Part shown: piece by piece, positions 39,804-51,112 of the stretch | How positions within the stretch are numbered: position 1 is the stretch's first letter | Layout of the letters: every line of letters begins with the position of its first letter | Assembly (NCBI GenBank): GCA_029243605.1 | Contig: JAQWRT010000069.1 | Coordinates: 22,926-86,925 of the forward strand | Source: Myxococcota bacterium | Lineage (GTDB): Bacteria > Myxococcota_A > UBA9160 > UBA4427 | Reading direction: 5' to 3' | DNA: 64,000 bases | Position numbers and translations under genes: made by a program | Notes under the pieces: model-generated | What the model saw: only the letters and a program-made list of their open reading frames with translations | What the model was told of the DNA's origin: nothing | The model's database searches: none

Positions 39804-41051
39804 CTAGGCGTTCTGACCCTTCGCGATAGAGGCCCCGGTCACGTTCTCACCGGCAACGTGTCGGTCGACCATCTCGCGAAAGCGTCTAAAAAAGAAGGAG
39901 GCATCATGGGGCCCGGGAGATGCCTCGGGGTGGTACTGCACGGAGAAAAGCGGACGGGTGCTATGCGCCAGGCCCTCCACCGTTCCGTCGTTGAGGTTCA
40001 CATGGGTAATCTCCACCGGCTCACCCGCTGCGTTGAGCGAATCCGCATCCACGGCGTAGCCATGGTTCTCGGCGCAGATGGCGACTTTACCCGTGGCAAG
40101 ATCCTTGCCCGGCTGGTTGCCCCCGTGGTGACCGAACTTGAGCTTGTGGGTCTGACCGCCCAAAGCCAGCCCCAGGATCTGATGCCCCAGGCAAATCCCG
40201 AACAAGGGTTTGACCTGGGCGAGCTCGCGAACCACTTCCTGCACCCCCTCCACCGCTCCGGGATCTCCCGGTCCGTTAGAGAGGAAGATACCGTCGGGCT
40301 CCAGGGCCAGGGCCTCGGCCGCGCTGGTGGTGGCGGGCACCACGGTCACTTCGAAGCCCTGCTCCACGAGTAGGCGAAGGATATTCCGCTTAACTCCGAA
40401 ATCGTAGGCGACCAGTCGCCGGGGCGTATCGGGCCGCTGGGGTCGGGGGACCTGACCGGGAACCCCCTCCCAACTGCCCTCGGTCCACTCGTAGGAATCT
40501 GCGCACGTGACTTCGGCGACAAGGTCCCGACCGTCAAGCCCCGGGGCGCTGCGCGCTCGGGCCAGTAGGCCCTCGACATCTTGCTCGCCAGGATCGGTAC
40601 TCAGGGCCCCCACCTGGGCCCCGGAATCGCGAATTCGGCGCACCAGCGCTCGCGTGTCGATGCCGGAAATTCCGGGCACCCCAGCCTCGGCCAGGAACTG
40701 GTCGAGACCGCCATGGGCGCGCCAATTGCTCGGCTCGTCGAGAAGCTCGCGCACCACGAAACCCGAGAGGAAGGGGCGAATCGACTCCTCATCCTCGGGA
40801 TTGACCCCCACATTGCCAATCTGGGGGTAGGTCATGGTGACGATTTGGCCCGCGTAGGAGGGGTCGGTGACGATCTCCTGATAGCCCGTCATGCTGGTAT
40901 TGAAGATTACCTCGCCGTCGAGCACGGTCTCGGCCCCAAAGGCCTGGCCGCGAAACGCGGTGCCATCGGAAAGAACGAGAACCGCGGGGCGAAATCGGCC
41001 GGCGGTCCCGAGCGGCCTCTGCGTCGAGTCTCCCGAACTGGCCGCGCTCAT
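39804..41051 (-). CDS. carA: Carbamoyl-phosphate synthase small (glutaminase) subunit
   Basis: [15 protein letters not shown]...[21 protein letters not shown]...GICLGHQ (catalytic Cys)...[12 protein letters not shown]. The ATG overlaps the pyrC stop (ATGA). Confidence 0.96.
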   Translation of the reverse strand: MSAASSGDSTQRPLGTAGRFRPAVLVLSDGTAFRGQAFGAETVLDGEVIFNTSMTGYQEIVTDPSYAGQIVTMTYPQIGNVGVNPEDEESIRPFLSGFVVRELLDEPSNWRAHGGLDQFLAEAGVPGISGIDTRALVRRIRDSGAQVGALSTDPGEQDVEGLLARARSAPGLDGRDLVAEVTCADSYEWTEGSWEGVPGQVPRPQRPDTPRRLVAYDFGVKRNILRLLVEQGFEVTVVPATTSAAEALALEPDGIFLSNGPGDPGAVEGVQEVVRELAQVKPLFGICLGHQILGLALGGQTHKLKFGHHGGNQPGKDLATGKVAICAENHGYAVDADSLNAAGEPVEITHVNLNDGTVEGLAHSTRPLFSVQYHPEASPGPHDASFFFRRFREMVDRHVAGENVTGASIAKGQNA

Positions 41052-42343
41052 CGGGCCAGTACCCCCCTGCCCGCCTGATAGACGATTCGCCCGTCCACCA
41101 GGGTGGCGGAAACCTGTCCCTTGAGTCTCTCCCCTGCCCAGGGCGAGTTCCGACTCTTGGAGAAACCCTCGGCGGGATCGTAGACCCAGGACTCTTCGGG
41201 ATCGAGGACCACAATGTCGGCGACGGCACCCGACTGCAAACTGCCCCCCTCAAGATCAAAGATTTGTGCCGGGGCCGTGGACATCCGTCGCATCAACTCC
41301 AGGGGAGAAATCTCTCCGCACTGCACCATATCGTTGACGACCCCAAAAGCGGTCTCCAGCCCCAGAACCCCGCACGGCGCCGCGGTGTATTCCACATCTT
41401 TTTCGTAGACCGCGTGCGGAGCGTGATCGGTGGCCACGCAGTCGATGACCCCCTCGACCAGACCCGCCCGGAGGCGCTCGACGTCGCTCTCAGTACGCAG
41501 CGGAGGCGCCATCTTTGTGCTCGTATCAAAGCCCTCGGTAATCGCATCGGTGAGCGCCAGATGGTGCGGAGTCACCTCGGCGGTCACCGAGAGTCCGTCC
41601 TCCTTGGCCTGGCGAATCAGCTCCACCGACCCCCCGGATGAAACGTGCCCCACGTGCAGACGCGCGCCGGTCAACCGCGCCAGGCGGATATCTCGGGCGA
41701 TGTGAATTTCCTCCGCTTCCACAGGGTTGCCCGGCAGGCCCAGTCGCGTCGACATCCGCCCCTCATTGACCACCCCGTCGGCGCGAAGCCCGCAATCCTC
41801 GGCATGGATCACCACCGCCGCGTCCACGAGTTTTGAATACTCCAGAACGTTGCGCATCACCCAGGCGTCCATGATGGTTTTTCCATCATCGCTGAAAGCC
41901 ACAGCGCCGGCCTCTTTCAGAGCTGCCATCTCGGTCATCAACTCACCGGCAAGGCGGCGAGTGGCCGCGGCGATGGGGAAGATTCGGGCCGGCGAATCCT
42001 TGGCGGCGCGGTCCAGAATATATTGGGTCACCGCCGGGTCATCGTTGACGGGGTCGGTATTCGCCATGCAGCAAACCGACGTAAAGCCACCGGCGACCGC
42101 AGCCCGCCCCCCGGAAGCCAGGTCTTCCTTGTATTCCTGGCCCGGTTCCCGCAAGTGGACATGGAGATCGACGAAGCCCGGAGCCACCCACTTTCCTTTG
42201 GCCTCGATGATTTCGGCGTTTTCGGCCTCGAGGCCGACACCCACTTCCACCACTCGTTCGTCTTCAATCAGCAGGTCGGCCACGGCATCGTAGTCGACGG
42301 AAGGGTCGAGCACGCGCCCGCCCCGAATCAGCACTCTGGACAA
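41048..42343 (-). CDS. pyrC: Dihydroorotase
   Basis: [18 protein letters not shown] and other metal-ligand motifs. TTG start. Confidence 0.93.
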   Translation of the reverse strand: MSRVLIRGGRVLDPSVDYDAVADLLIEDERVVEVGVGLEAENAEIIEAKGKWVAPGFVDLHVHLREPGQEYKEDLASGGRAAVAGGFTSVCCMANTDPVNDDPAVTQYILDRAAKDSPARIFPIAAATRRLAGELMTEMAALKEAGAVAFSDDGKTIMDAWVMRNVLEYSKLVDAAVVIHAEDCGLRADGVVNEGRMSTRLGLPGNPVEAEEIHIARDIRLARLTGARLHVGHVSSGGSVELIRQAKEDGLSVTAEVTPHHLALTDAITEGFDTSTKMAPPLRTESDVERLRAGLVEGVIDCVATDHAPHAVYEKDVEYTAAPCGVLGLETAFGVVNDMVQCGEISPLELMRRMSTAPAQIFDLEGGSLQSGAVADIVVLDPEESWVYDPAEGFSKSRNSPWAGERLKGQVSATLVDGRIVYQAGRGVLAR

Positions 42344-42347
42344 GAAA

Positions 42348-43280
42348 TCACTCCTGGTCTTGCGGGAAATCGCGCCCCGCGATGAGATAAAGCAGGGCCA
42401 TCCGAAGGGCCACGCCGTTTCGGACCTGATCGAGAATCACGCTGGGCCGATGGTCCGCCAAATCGTGAGAAAGCTCGACTCCCCGGTTCACCGGCCCGGG
42501 GTGCATCACGATGGCGTCGGGACGAGCGAACCGAAGCTTGGCCCGGTCGAGGCCGAACGTAGACGAGTACTCCCGAACGCTGGGAAAGATTCCGCCTCCC
42601 AGTCGCTCGTTCTGGATACGCAGGGCCATCACCACGTCGACCCCGTCGAGGGCTTCGCGCAGGGATGTGTATGCCTTGACGCCAAGGACATCGACTTGGG
42701 GAGGAAGCATGGTGGGCGGGCCCGCCACCCGAACTTCTGCGCCGAGGCGCGTAAACCCGTAGATATTGGAACGCGCCACCCGGGAGTGAGCGATATCACC
42801 GATGATGGCCACGCTCAGCCCCTCGATTCGCCCCTTCTCCTGATAGACCGTCAACATGTCGAGAAGAGCCTGGGTCGGATGCTCGTGGGCCCCATCCCCG
42901 GCATTGATCACCGGCGCATCCAGCACGTCGGCGATGCGCTGGGGTACCCCCGCCACCTTGTGGCGAACGATGACCGCATCGGGATCCATGGCATCGAGGG
43001 TCTTGGCCGTATCGAGCAGGCTTTCGGCCTTGCTCAGGCTCGACGAAGAGACCGAAAAATTCACCACGTCCGCTGCCAAGCGCTTCCCGGCGATCTCGAA
43101 ACTCGTTTGGGTCCGGGTCGAGGGTTCGAAGAAGAGGTTCACCACCGTACGGCCTCGGAGGGTCGGTACCTTCTTTACGTCCCGGGTTCCAATCTCCTGC
43201 ATTTTCTCGGCGGTCTCGAGAATCAATTCGATCCGCTCCCGGTCGAGCGACTCGATACCAAGCAGATCCTGACCGATCAT
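42348..43280 (-). CDS. pyrB: Aspartate carbamoyltransferase catalytic subunit
   Basis: [27 protein letters not shown] and [11 protein letters not shown] motifs. The ATG overlaps the pyrR stop (ATGA). Confidence 0.96.
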   Translation of the reverse strand: MIGQDLLGIESLDRERIELILETAEKMQEIGTRDVKKVPTLRGRTVVNLFFEPSTRTQTSFEIAGKRLAADVVNFSVSSSSLSKAESLLDTAKTLDAMDPDAVIVRHKVAGVPQRIADVLDAPVINAGDGAHEHPTQALLDMLTVYQEKGRIEGLSVAIIGDIAHSRVARSNIYGFTRLGAEVRVAGPPTMLPPQVDVLGVKAYTSLREALDGVDVVMALRIQNERLGGGIFPSVREYSSTFGLDRAKLRFARPDAIVMHPGPVNRGVELSHDLADHRPSVILDQVRNGVALRMALLYLIAGRDFPQDQE

Positions 43281-43921
43281 GCCAACTCCCCCACGCCTTG
43301 AGATGGATTCAAACCCGAATCGGAGCCAGCCAGCGACTGAACGACGACCTCGAGCGCTTCGTCGCTGGACTCGTCCTGGGGTTCCGATCGAAAAACCACC
43401 GACTCCCCGGGTTGGGTAGGAATATTCTTCCCGACGTAGTCAATCTTGATTGGCAATTCCCGATGCCCTCGATCGACCAGGGCCACGACCTGGACCGATT
43501 GGGGCCGGCCGAAGTCCATCAGCGCGTCCATCGCCGCTCGAATCGTGCGCCCGGTACTCACCACATCCTCGACGAGAATCACCAGGCTTTGGTCCACCGA
43601 CGAGGGCATTTCGGTCCGGCGCAGGCGCGGCCGGGTTCCCCGAGTGGCTAAGTCATCGCGATAGAGCGTGGTGTCCAGGATCCCCAGGCGAGGCGCATTT
43701 CCCGTCAGGGATTCAAGGTTCTGGGCCAGGCGCCGGGCCAGGGGCACTCCGCCATTGGGAATCGCCACCAAGTAGAGGAGTTTGAGGTCGGCGTTGGACT
43801 CGACGATCTCGTGCGCGATCCGCATCAAGGCTCGGTGGATGCTCGTATCATCGAGGACCACGCGCTCTTCGCCTTGCTCGGCGTCGACGGGAGCGGGTTT
43901 AAACGATTCAAGACCGCCCAT
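43277..43921 (-). CDS. pyrR: Bifunctional pyrimidine operon regulator / uracil phosphoribosyltransferase PyrR
   Basis: [16 protein letters not shown]...[15 protein letters not shown]...[22 protein letters not shown] (PRPP loop)...[25 protein letters not shown] at 43921. The GTG at 43996 is an alternative. The 308-aa track ORF includes the leader RNA and is not credible in full. Confidence 0.88.
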   Translation of the reverse strand: MGGLESFKPAPVDAEQGEERVVLDDTSIHRALMRIAHEIVESNADLKLLYLVAIPNGGVPLARRLAQNLESLTGNAPRLGILDTTLYRDDLATRGTRPRLRRTEMPSSVDQSLVILVEDVVSTGRTIRAAMDALMDFGRPQSVQVVALVDRGHRELPIKIDYVGKNIPTQPGESVVFRSEPQDESSDEALEVVVQSLAGSDSGLNPSQGVGELA

Positions 43922-44000
43922 ATCCGCGCGTTTCGAGGCTCGCGCGCCCGGTCGAGGGTGTCCGCTGTCAGAGGTAGGGGGTCGGGTCTTAGCCACCGTT

Positions 44001-44040
44001 GCGCCTTTGGCCGTCTCTCGGGACGGGCTTAAAAGGGGCT
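44001..44040 (-). promoter_or_regulatory. PyrR-binding RNA hairpin (pyr leader regulatory element)
   Basis: Minus-strand RNA: CCCCUUUUAAGCCCGUCCCGAGAGACGGCCAAAGGCG. The lower stem is CCUUU/AAAGG with a UAAG bulge. The upper hairpin is CCGUC-CCGAGA-GACGG. This parallels the Bacillus PyrR site ..UUUAA..CAGUC-CAGAGA-GGCUG..AAGG. Confidence 0.6.
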
Positions 44041-44129
44041 CATGAAGTGGCCTGATTCTACAGCCTGGGGCGCCGACGTCAATCGAGATCTTGGGGCCAT
44101 GGCCACAGCCCCCTGGGTGCCGGGAGAGT

Positions 44130-44993
44130 TCAATCCAGCCCCGCCTCCTCGAGGCTCTGGCAGCGCACTCGACTGAATGCCCGGGACCATCGTTTGTCGG
44201 CATTCCACCAGTTCATGGGGTTGAAGAATTGCAGCGCGTTGCCGTTCACGTCCCAGGACCAGTAGAGGAAGAAAGCCGGCCCCTTCATCTCGTCCAGGCG
44301 GACGGTTCCCCAATTCCGGCTGTCATTCGAGTGGTCCCGGTTGTCTCCCATCATGAAATAGCGCCCCTCGGGCACCTCGTATTCCCGATCGCGTCCGAAT
44401 GGGTTGCTCAGCACCGGATCATCGAGCACCTGGTGGACACACTCCCCGAGAACCTCGTCCCGAACCGCCAGACTGGCCCCCCGGCTATCCTCGAAAACCT
44501 CCCCGGTCGCGATTTGCTCCATGGGAACGCCGTTGATGGTGAGGCGCCCATCCCGAATCCGGATGCGATCCCCGGGCAGACCTACCAGCCGCTTGACGAA
44601 ATCGTCCTGGGGTAGATCCGGGTAGAGATCGGCGGGGACGATATCCGTGCGCAGTTCACTCTCTCGACCGTCATTCCGGCCGACCTCAAAGACGACGACA
44701 TCCCCCCGCTCGGGCTCGCGAAAACCCGGGAGCCGGATATCCGTAAACGGGATTCTGGGGCCGTAGGTCAACTTGTTGACGAAGAGGTGATCTCCGATCA
44801 AGAGCGTCGGAAACATGGACCCCGACGGGATACGGAAGGGCTCGACGAGAAATGCCCGAATCGCCAGAGCGATCAGGACCGCCACCAAAAGGGTACTCAC
44901 CTGCTCCCAAATCGCGGCCAGGCGACTTCTGCCAGGGCTCCTCCCCTCGGCGTCTTCATCCCCGGGCTTCTCGGGGGTTTCGTCGGCAGTCAT
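44130..44993 (-). CDS. lepB: Signal peptidase I
   Basis: [22 protein letters not shown] (Ser box), RGDVVVF and [18 protein letters not shown] (Lys box region). The ATG at 44993 overlaps the lepA stop (ATGA). The track ORF extends to 45128. Confidence 0.92.
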   Translation of the reverse strand: MTADETPEKPGDEDAEGRSPGRSRLAAIWEQVSTLLVAVLIALAIRAFLVEPFRIPSGSMFPTLLIGDHLFVNKLTYGPRIPFTDIRLPGFREPERGDVVVFEVGRNDGRESELRTDIVPADLYPDLPQDDFVKRLVGLPGDRIRIRDGRLTINGVPMEQIATGEVFEDSRGASLAVRDEVLGECVHQVLDDPVLSNPFGRDREYEVPEGRYFMMGDNRDHSNDSRNWGTVRLDEMKGPAFFLYWSWDVNGNALQFFNPMNWWNADKRWSRAFSRVRCQSLEEAGLD

Positions 44994-46798
44994 TCGTCTC
45001 CAAGCTTCAGGGCTGCGAGAAAGGCTTCCTGGGGAATCTCCACCGATCCGACCATCTTCATCCGTTTCTTGCCCGCCTTCTGCTTCTCGAGCAATTTGCG
45101 CTTCCGCGAGATATCGCCGCCATAGCATTTCGCGAGCACGTTCTTGCGCAGGGCGCGAACCGTCGTTCGTGCAATCACCCGGCTGCCCACGGCGGCTTGA
45201 ATCGCCACCGGGAATTGCTGGCGGGGAATGAATTCCTTCAGCTTCCGGGCGAGTTCGGAACCTCGGGACTGGGCCGCATCCTTGTGCACGATGAGTGAGA
45301 GTGCGTCGACCGGGTCCCCGTTCACGAGAACGTCGAGTTTGACCAGATCCGCTGGGATGAAACCCACCAGTTCGTAATCGAAGGAGCCGTACCCTCGGGT
45401 CGCGCTCTTGAGCTTGTCATGAAAATCCGTGACGACTTCCCCAAGGGGGAGTTCGTAGCGCACCTGAACCCGGCTCCCGTGAACCTGCATGTCCTTCTGA
45501 CTGCCCCGGCGGTCCTGACACAGGGCGATCACCGCGCCCAGGTAATTCGACGGCACATGAATATTCGCGTGGATCACCGGCTCCTCGATCCGACTGATAT
45601 CGCTGGCTTCGGGCAATGAGGCCGGGCTCTCGATCTCGAAGCTCTCCCCGTCCTTGGGGACAACCCGGTAGCGAACCGTCGGCGCCGTGGTGATCAGGTT
45701 GAGTCCGTATTCGCGCTCCAGACGTTCCTGGATGATCTCCCCGTGCAGGAACCCCAGGAAGCCGCAGCGGAAACCGAAGCCGAGGGCGGCGCTGGTCTCG
45801 GGCTCGTAGTCGAACGACGCATCGTTGAGACGGAGCTTCTCGAGCGCCGCCTTGAGATCCTCGTAGTCCTCGGCCTCCACGGGATAGAGCCCCGCGAAGA
45901 CCATGGACTTGACCTCCTGAAAGCCTTCCAGGACCTCTGTCGCGGCATTATCGCGCAGGGTAATGGTATCCCCGATGCGCACGTCCGAGAGGGTTTTGAT
46001 CCCGGCGACGACCATCCCTACTTCACCGACCCGGAGTTCTTCGACTTTCCGGGGCGAGGGATCGATGACGGAGAGTTGGGTGATGGCGTGCTCCCCCCCT
46101 TCGATCATCAGCTTGATCGAGTCTCGCCGGCTCAATTTCCCATCGACCACCCGCACGAGCATGATCACACCCACATAGGGGTCGAACCAGGAATCGAAGA
46201 TGAGGGCCCGGGTCGGCGCTTCGGAATCGCCCATGGGCGGAGGGACCCGGTCGACCACGGCCTGAAGCAGCGCCTCGATCCCCGTTCCCTGCTTGGCCGA
46301 GACCGGCAGGACGTCCGCTGCGTCCAACCCGACGACGTCTTCGATTTCCTGGGCGACGGCGTCGGCATCGGCCGACGGCAGGTCGATTTTATTGACCACC
46401 GGAATCAGTTCGAGGTTGGCGTCCACCGCGAGATAGGCGTTGGCGAGGGTCTGGGCCTCGATCCCCTGGGCGGCATCAACCACCAACAGGGCCCCTTCGC
46501 AGGCCGACAGCGCTCGAGAGACCTCGTAGGAGAAGTCCACATGGCCGGGGGTATCGATCAGGTTGAGCAGGTACTTCTCCCCATCCGCGGCGCGGAAATT
46601 GAGCCGAACCGTCTGAGCCTTGATGGTGATTCCCCGCTCGCGTTCGAGTTCCATATTGTCGAGGAATTGATCCTGCTGATCGCGCTCGGAAAGCGCACCT
46701 GTAGCCTCGAGGAGTCGGTCGGCGATGGTGCTCTTGCCGTGGTCGATATGTGCGACGATGCAGAAGTTCCGAATCCGCTCGGTGGGAATTCTGCTCAT
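44990..46798 (-). CDS. lepA: Elongation factor 4 (LepA)
   Basis: [42 protein letters not shown] and the LepA C-terminal domain. The ATG at 46798 overlaps the rfbD stop (ATGA). Confidence 0.96.
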   Translation of the reverse strand: MSRIPTERIRNFCIVAHIDHGKSTIADRLLEATGALSERDQQDQFLDNMELERERGITIKAQTVRLNFRAADGEKYLLNLIDTPGHVDFSYEVSRALSACEGALLVVDAAQGIEAQTLANAYLAVDANLELIPVVNKIDLPSADADAVAQEIEDVVGLDAADVLPVSAKQGTGIEALLQAVVDRVPPPMGDSEAPTRALIFDSWFDPYVGVIMLVRVVDGKLSRRDSIKLMIEGGEHAITQLSVIDPSPRKVEELRVGEVGMVVAGIKTLSDVRIGDTITLRDNAATEVLEGFQEVKSMVFAGLYPVEAEDYEDLKAALEKLRLNDASFDYEPETSAALGFGFRCGFLGFLHGEIIQERLEREYGLNLITTAPTVRYRVVPKDGESFEIESPASLPEASDISRIEEPVIHANIHVPSNYLGAVIALCQDRRGSQKDMQVHGSRVQVRYELPLGEVVTDFHDKLKSATRGYGSFDYELVGFIPADLVKLDVLVNGDPVDALSLIVHKDAAQSRGSELARKLKEFIPRQQFPVAIQAAVGSRVIARTTVRALRKNVLAKCYGGDISRKRKLLEKQKAGKKRMKMVGSVEIPQEAFLAALKLGDE

Positions 46799-47733
46799 AC
46801 CTGTTCCTCCTGAAGCGCGATGCCCGCCGTCGAATTGAGATAGGCGACGAGTGCCTCCCGCCAGGGCCGCAAGTTCACGCCCAAATCGGCGGCCCGCCCG
46901 CAACCCAGCACCGACCAGGCCGGCCGCTCGGCCGGCAACCCAAGATCGGAAGTTTTCGTGGGCTCGAGTTCGATCTCCCCATGCCCCGTTTCATCGAGAA
47001 TAGCGCGGGCGAAGTCGAACCACGTCGTCTTTCCTCGATTCGCGAGGTGAAATATTCCAGCCCGGGCTTCCGCCATTCCCTCTCCCATCGGCTCTCCATC
47101 GGAATCAACTCCGACCAACTTAAGGATGCCCTCGGCCAGATCCCCCGCGTAGGTGGGGCATCCGCTTTGATCGGCAACCACCCGCAATGGGCCACTCTCG
47201 AGGCCTTGGGCTCGGAGCCGAGCCTGGCGCAGGATCGCCGCCACGAAATTTCGACCGGGGCCAAAAACCCAACTCGTGCGAACCACCAGGGCCTCGGGGT
47301 GGGCCTCCATAACTCGGCGCTCCCCATCGGCCTTACTGCGGCCATAGGCCGTCTGTGGATCCACCGGGGCATCCTCGGCGTAGGGTTCCCTGGCCACGCC
47401 GCTGAACACATAATCCGTAGACACGTGGACATAGGCCAAGCCAGCACGCCAGCAATCCTCGGCCAACCAACCCGGAGCCTCAGCGTTGACCCGCTGGGCT
47501 CGTTCGACCTCCTCTTCGCAACGATCCACCGCGGTAAAGGCGGCCGCGTTCACCACGATATCGGGAGCGTCCGTCCCGCCCTGCGCCAGGAGCTCAGCCA
47601 AAGCCCCCGGCCGAGCGATATCGAAGGCCGAATGATCAAAGGCCCCCACTAGGCTCTGGCCTGGACGCGCTTCCAGCGACTCAACCAGGCACTGCCCCAA
47701 TTGGCCGCCGCTTCCCGTAATGAGCCAGCGCAC
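46795..47733 (-). CDS. rfbD: dTDP-4-dehydrorhamnose reductase (RmlD-type SDR)
   Basis: [14 protein letters not shown] Rossmann loop, [12 protein letters not shown] and YGRSKADGE (YxxxK). GTG start. Confidence 0.85.
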   Translation of the reverse strand: MRWLITGSGGQLGQCLVESLEARPGQSLVGAFDHSAFDIARPGALAELLAQGGTDAPDIVVNAAAFTAVDRCEEEVERAQRVNAEAPGWLAEDCWRAGLAYVHVSTDYVFSGVAREPYAEDAPVDPQTAYGRSKADGERRVMEAHPEALVVRTSWVFGPGRNFVAAILRQARLRAQGLESGPLRVVADQSGCPTYAGDLAEGILKLVGVDSDGEPMGEGMAEARAGIFHLANRGKTTWFDFARAILDETGHGEIELEPTKTSDLGLPAERPAWSVLGCGRAADLGVNLRPWREALVAYLNSTAGIALQEEQV

Positions 47734-47795
47734 GGAATTCGCTCAGTCCGGCCGTATTGCCGGGATAGGGAAGCTTGAACAGAGCGAGCGCATGG

Positions 47796-48299
47796 CTACC
47801 CCTTTGGCTCCCGAATGATCCAGGTGGGAAGGCGGTTCTCCTGCTTCAGCCGTCGCGCCAGCGCCTCGGCGCGCTCTTCTTCCTCCAGGGGCCCCACTCG
47901 AACACGCCAGCGCTCGTCGGCCAGGGGCTCGAGGATCTGGACCGGATAGCCCGCTGATCGGAGGTGATCGGCCAGGGATGCCGCCAATGCCGGATCACCG
48001 AAAGCCCCGACCTGAATCGAAAAATCGAAATCGCCCTCGGGTCTCTGGGCCGCAACCGAGGGCGGACCCGCCCCCACGGGCGCTAGGGAAACTCCGGGCT
48101 GATTGTCCGATTCCGGCCCCCAATCGATCGCCGTGGTCTGCCCCGCGATATGCCCGGCCACAAGGGTCGGCTCCTCCATCACAAAGCCCACGGCGAGCCC
48201 GATGGCGAAGCCCCCCACGACCATCAGCAGGAGAACCAGGCTCGTCACGAGCCCATGGATCCCCCTGCCCTGTTTGGCCACCGCGCCCTGGCGAGCCAT
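47796..48299 (-). CDS. SPOR domain-containing membrane protein
   Basis: N-terminal TM anchor (LVTSLVLLLMVVGGFAIGLAVGF). C-terminal SPOR repeat (FSIQVGAFGDPALAASLADHLRSAGYPVQILE...RWRVRVGPL). The ATG at 48299 shares one base with the argS stop (TAATG). The track ORF extends to 48698, antisense-like. Confidence 0.8.
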   Translation of the reverse strand: MARQGAVAKQGRGIHGLVTSLVLLLMVVGGFAIGLAVGFVMEEPTLVAGHIAGQTTAIDWGPESDNQPGVSLAPVGAGPPSVAAQRPEGDFDFSIQVGAFGDPALAASLADHLRSAGYPVQILEPLADERWRVRVGPLEEEERAEALARRLKQENRLPTWIIREPKG

Positions 48300-50062
48300 T
48301 ACATGCGCTCCGGAGCCGAGAGCCCCAACACTGCGAGGCCCGAGGCCAGCACCGCCCGAACGGCCAGGACGAGCCCCAAGCGTGCCCCGGTCAACCCCGC
48401 ATCGTCGGAGACCACTCGGTGTCGAGTTCCATCCTGGATATAGGGATTCCAGAGCCCGGCCAATTCGCGCAGGTAATAGGCGACGTGATGGGGCTCCCGA
48501 TCTGCCGCCGCCCGCTCGATCATTTCCGGGAACTCGCCGAGCTTGCGGATCAACTCGATTTCTTCGGGGAGGTCCAGGCGGCTGGGATCGAAAGAGTCGG
48601 CGCCAGGGATGGCGACTCCCTCTTCCCGAGCGCGCCGCTCGATCCCATGGGTTCGCGCGTGGGCGTACTGGACATAATAGGCCGGGTTCTTCCGCCAATT
48701 TTGGTCCTTGGCGAGATCCAGATCGAAATCCAGATGACCTTCGGGCTTTCGCTCGATCATAAAAAACCGAAAGACATCCCGACCGACATCCTCGACCAAT
48801 TCGTCGACGGTGATAAAAGTGGCTCGGCGAGTCGACTGCTTGACCTTCTCACCCCCACTCGTGATCGTGACGAATTGGTGCATGACCAGCTCGATTCGAT
48901 CCTCGTCGAAGCCCAGAGCACCCACAGCCCGCCTCACGAAAGGAAACTGCTCGATGTGATCCGCGCCCTGGACGTCGATCACGCGATCGAATCCTCGCTT
49001 CATCTTTTCCCTGTGGTAGGCGATATCGGGCAGCAGATAGGTGGGCTCACCGCTGCTCTTCACCACCACGCGGTCTCGATCCAGGCCCAGTTCGGTCGCG
49101 GTCAACCAGACCGCCCCTTCAGATTCCGAGATCAGCCCCTTCTCGCCCAAGTCCGCGAGAACTTCCTCAATCTTGCCATCGTCGTAGAGCGACTTCTCGT
49201 TGAAATGCACGTCGAAATGGACACCGATGCCATCAAGGGTCGACTCGATGTCCTTGAAGATCTCCTTGTGGGCGAGTTCCCTGAAGAGGCCATCACCGGG
49301 TTCGTCGACCAGCCCGTCCCCGTGGCTCCCCACGAGATCTCGCGCAATGTCGCCGATATAATCGCCCTGGTAGCCATCGGAGGGGAAAACCACGGGCAAG
49401 CCGTCGATCTCTTCCTGCCACGCATTCTCGGGGTCGGCCAGCGCCTCTGCCGAGGGGGGGGCCGCCCTGCCCAGGTCCTCGAGGTAGCGAGCCTTCACCG
49501 AATCCCCGAGAACCCGCATCTGACGGCCGCCGTCGTTGAAGTAGTACTCCCGGGTCACCTGGTACCCCACCTTGGCCATCAGGCGTGCAAGACAATCGCC
49601 GAGGATCGCCTGGCGACCGTGCCCGGTGCTCAGTGGCCCGGTCGGATTCGCCGAGACGAACTCCACCTGGAGCTGCCGCCCTGCCCCGGTCTCGCTGGCC
49701 CCGAAATCCGACCCGGCAGCCACCACCGTGGCTACCAGTCCCTGCCAGGCCGAGGGCGCCATGCGGAAATTGATAAAGCCTGGGCCCGCCACTTCGATTT
49801 TGGCGAGTAGCCCGCCGGCATCCCCGATGCGCGCGGCCAAGTCTTCGGCAATGGCCCGGGGAGACGTCTTCAACCGCTTCGCGAGCCCCATGGCGAGGCT
49901 ACAAGCAAAATCTCCGTGCTCGGGTTGCCGGGGAACCTCGAGGGCGACCTCGGGCACTTCTCCAGCGGCACCGGACTCCTCAAGGAGCGCGATCAGCGCG
50001 CATCGAATTTCTTTGATCAGGTCTTCCTTCATCCGCTCGATCCCAGCCCGGTCGTCTCGCAA
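48299..50062 (-). CDS. argS: Arginine--tRNA ligase
   Basis: SANPTGPLSTGHGR (HIGH-type) and the class I core with C-terminal anticodon-binding domain (DREPHHVAYYLRELA). The TTG at 50062 is preceded by AAGGAG. The ATG at 50032 is an alternative start. Confidence 0.95.
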   Translation of the reverse strand: MRDDRAGIERMKEDLIKEIRCALIALLEESGAAGEVPEVALEVPRQPEHGDFACSLAMGLAKRLKTSPRAIAEDLAARIGDAGGLLAKIEVAGPGFINFRMAPSAWQGLVATVVAAGSDFGASETGAGRQLQVEFVSANPTGPLSTGHGRQAILGDCLARLMAKVGYQVTREYYFNDGGRQMRVLGDSVKARYLEDLGRAAPPSAEALADPENAWQEEIDGLPVVFPSDGYQGDYIGDIARDLVGSHGDGLVDEPGDGLFRELAHKEIFKDIESTLDGIGVHFDVHFNEKSLYDDGKIEEVLADLGEKGLISESEGAVWLTATELGLDRDRVVVKSSGEPTYLLPDIAYHREKMKRGFDRVIDVQGADHIEQFPFVRRAVGALGFDEDRIELVMHQFVTITSGGEKVKQSTRRATFITVDELVEDVGRDVFRFFMIERKPEGHLDFDLDLAKDQNWRKNPAYYVQYAHARTHGIERRAREEGVAIPGADSFDPSRLDLPEEIELIRKLGEFPEMIERAAADREPHHVAYYLRELAGLWNPYIQDGTRHRVVSDDAGLTGARLGLVLAVRAVLASGLAVLGLSAPERM

Positions 50063-50076
50063 CCGGCCCCTCTCCT

Positions 50077-50397
50077 TTACTCCGCCGTGGCGCCCCTGGT
50101 AAATCGCACGACGATCTCCCCGGGCTTCGCCAGCTGCAACTCTTCACGAATCGCCCGTTCCAAGGCGAAGGGATCGCCCTCAAGGGCGCTGATTTCCGTC
50201 TCCAGGGTCTCAACCCGCTGGTTCAGAAAAGCGATTCGGGCCCGGGAGATTTCCAACTCCTGGCGCTTCTCGTGCCATTTGAGCAGCCCCGATTCTCGAT
50301 CGGCGAGGCTGAGACCCAGCCCAGCCGCCAAAATCGCGAGCACGAGCCAATGGGCCTTCAGAGCCTTCACCCACCCCCCCCTGTGGACGTCGGTCAT
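50077..50397 (-). CDS. ftsB: Cell division protein FtsB (septum formation initiator)
   Basis: Single TM helix (HWLVLAILAAGLGLSL) followed by a coiled coil (RQELEISRARIAFLNQRVETLETEISALE) and DPFALERAIREELQLAKPGE. ATG at 50397. The TTG at 50406 is the track start. Confidence 0.85.
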   Translation of the reverse strand: MTDVHRGGWVKALKAHWLVLAILAAGLGLSLADRESGLLKWHEKRQELEISRARIAFLNQRVETLETEISALEGDPFALERAIREELQLAKPGEIVVRFTRGATAE

Positions 50398-50465
50398 GGG
50401 CGCCAATATTACCCGACTTCCAGGAATTTGCGCTCGAATCTACCCGCGGGGGGCACCGAAAACGT

Positions 50466-51032
50466 TCATTTTACCGGCTGGAGCAGCTTCTCGACCCGTG
50501 CCACGTAGTCGGGATGGTCCCATTCCCGCGGGCCGACGTAGCGCTCCACGATCACGCCGTCCGAGTCGACCAAGATGGACTCGGGAAACCCGGTGGTTTG
50601 GTATTTCCGGGCGGCCACCTGGGCGGGGTCCAGCAGGATGGGAAAAGTGATTCCCAAGCGGTCCCGAAAGGCATCCACGTCGTCCCTGGATTCATCCACC
50701 GCCACGGCCAACAGAGTAAAGCCCTGGTCCTTGAGCTTCTGGTGCAGGTTCTCCATGGCCGGCATCTCGTCCTCACAGGGCTTGCACCAAGTCGCCCAAA
50801 AGTTCACGAGCGCAACCTGGCCACGCATATCGTCCAAGGAGACCGGATCTCCGCTCTCGAGATCGGGCAAACTGAAGGAAGGTGCGGGATCCCCGCGCGA
50901 GAGCGGTGGTTCGATGGGCTCGCCCATCAGGATCAATAAACCCGCCATAGCGACGAGGCCCAACGCGACCAGCCAAGCTGCAGCGGGCGGTCTGCCGCTG
51001 CTTCCGCCATCCGAACCCGAGTTCTCAGCCAT
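50466..51032 (-). CDS. TlpA/ResA-family periplasmic thiol:disulfide oxidoreductase
   Basis: N-terminal membrane anchor and a thioredoxin fold with VNFWATWCKPCEDEMP (CxxC). Confidence 0.88.
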   Translation of the reverse strand: MAENSGSDGGSSGRPPAAAWLVALGLVAMAGLLILMGEPIEPPLSRGDPAPSFSLPDLESGDPVSLDDMRGQVALVNFWATWCKPCEDEMPAMENLHQKLKDQGFTLLAVAVDESRDDVDAFRDRLGITFPILLDPAQVAARKYQTTGFPESILVDSDGVIVERYVGPREWDHPDYVARVEKLLQPVK

Positions 51033-51112
51033 TTCCTACCCCTGGGTACCGCTCGCCCGAAAAACCGAAATTCGGGAAACGGCGCCACAAGCCACGGCTT
51101 CCCGTCGGGACT

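Noticed and set aside
43922-44203. 94-codon N-terminal extension of the pyrR ORF (track ORF 43277-44203)
   Set aside because: The extension has no PyrR homology, runs into the lepB 3' end and contains the PyrR-binding RNA hairpin. The real start is the ATG at 43921 or possibly the GTG at 43996. Similar upstream extensions were trimmed for adk, rpoA, rplR, lepA, lepB, rph, rpoZ, cstA, mgtE, the tauE-like gene and the SPOR gene.
47978-49810. 610-aa plus-strand ORF opposite argS and the SPOR gene
   Set aside because: It is antisense to argS, which carries class I tRNA-ligase motifs. The composition is typical of GC-rich shadow frames.
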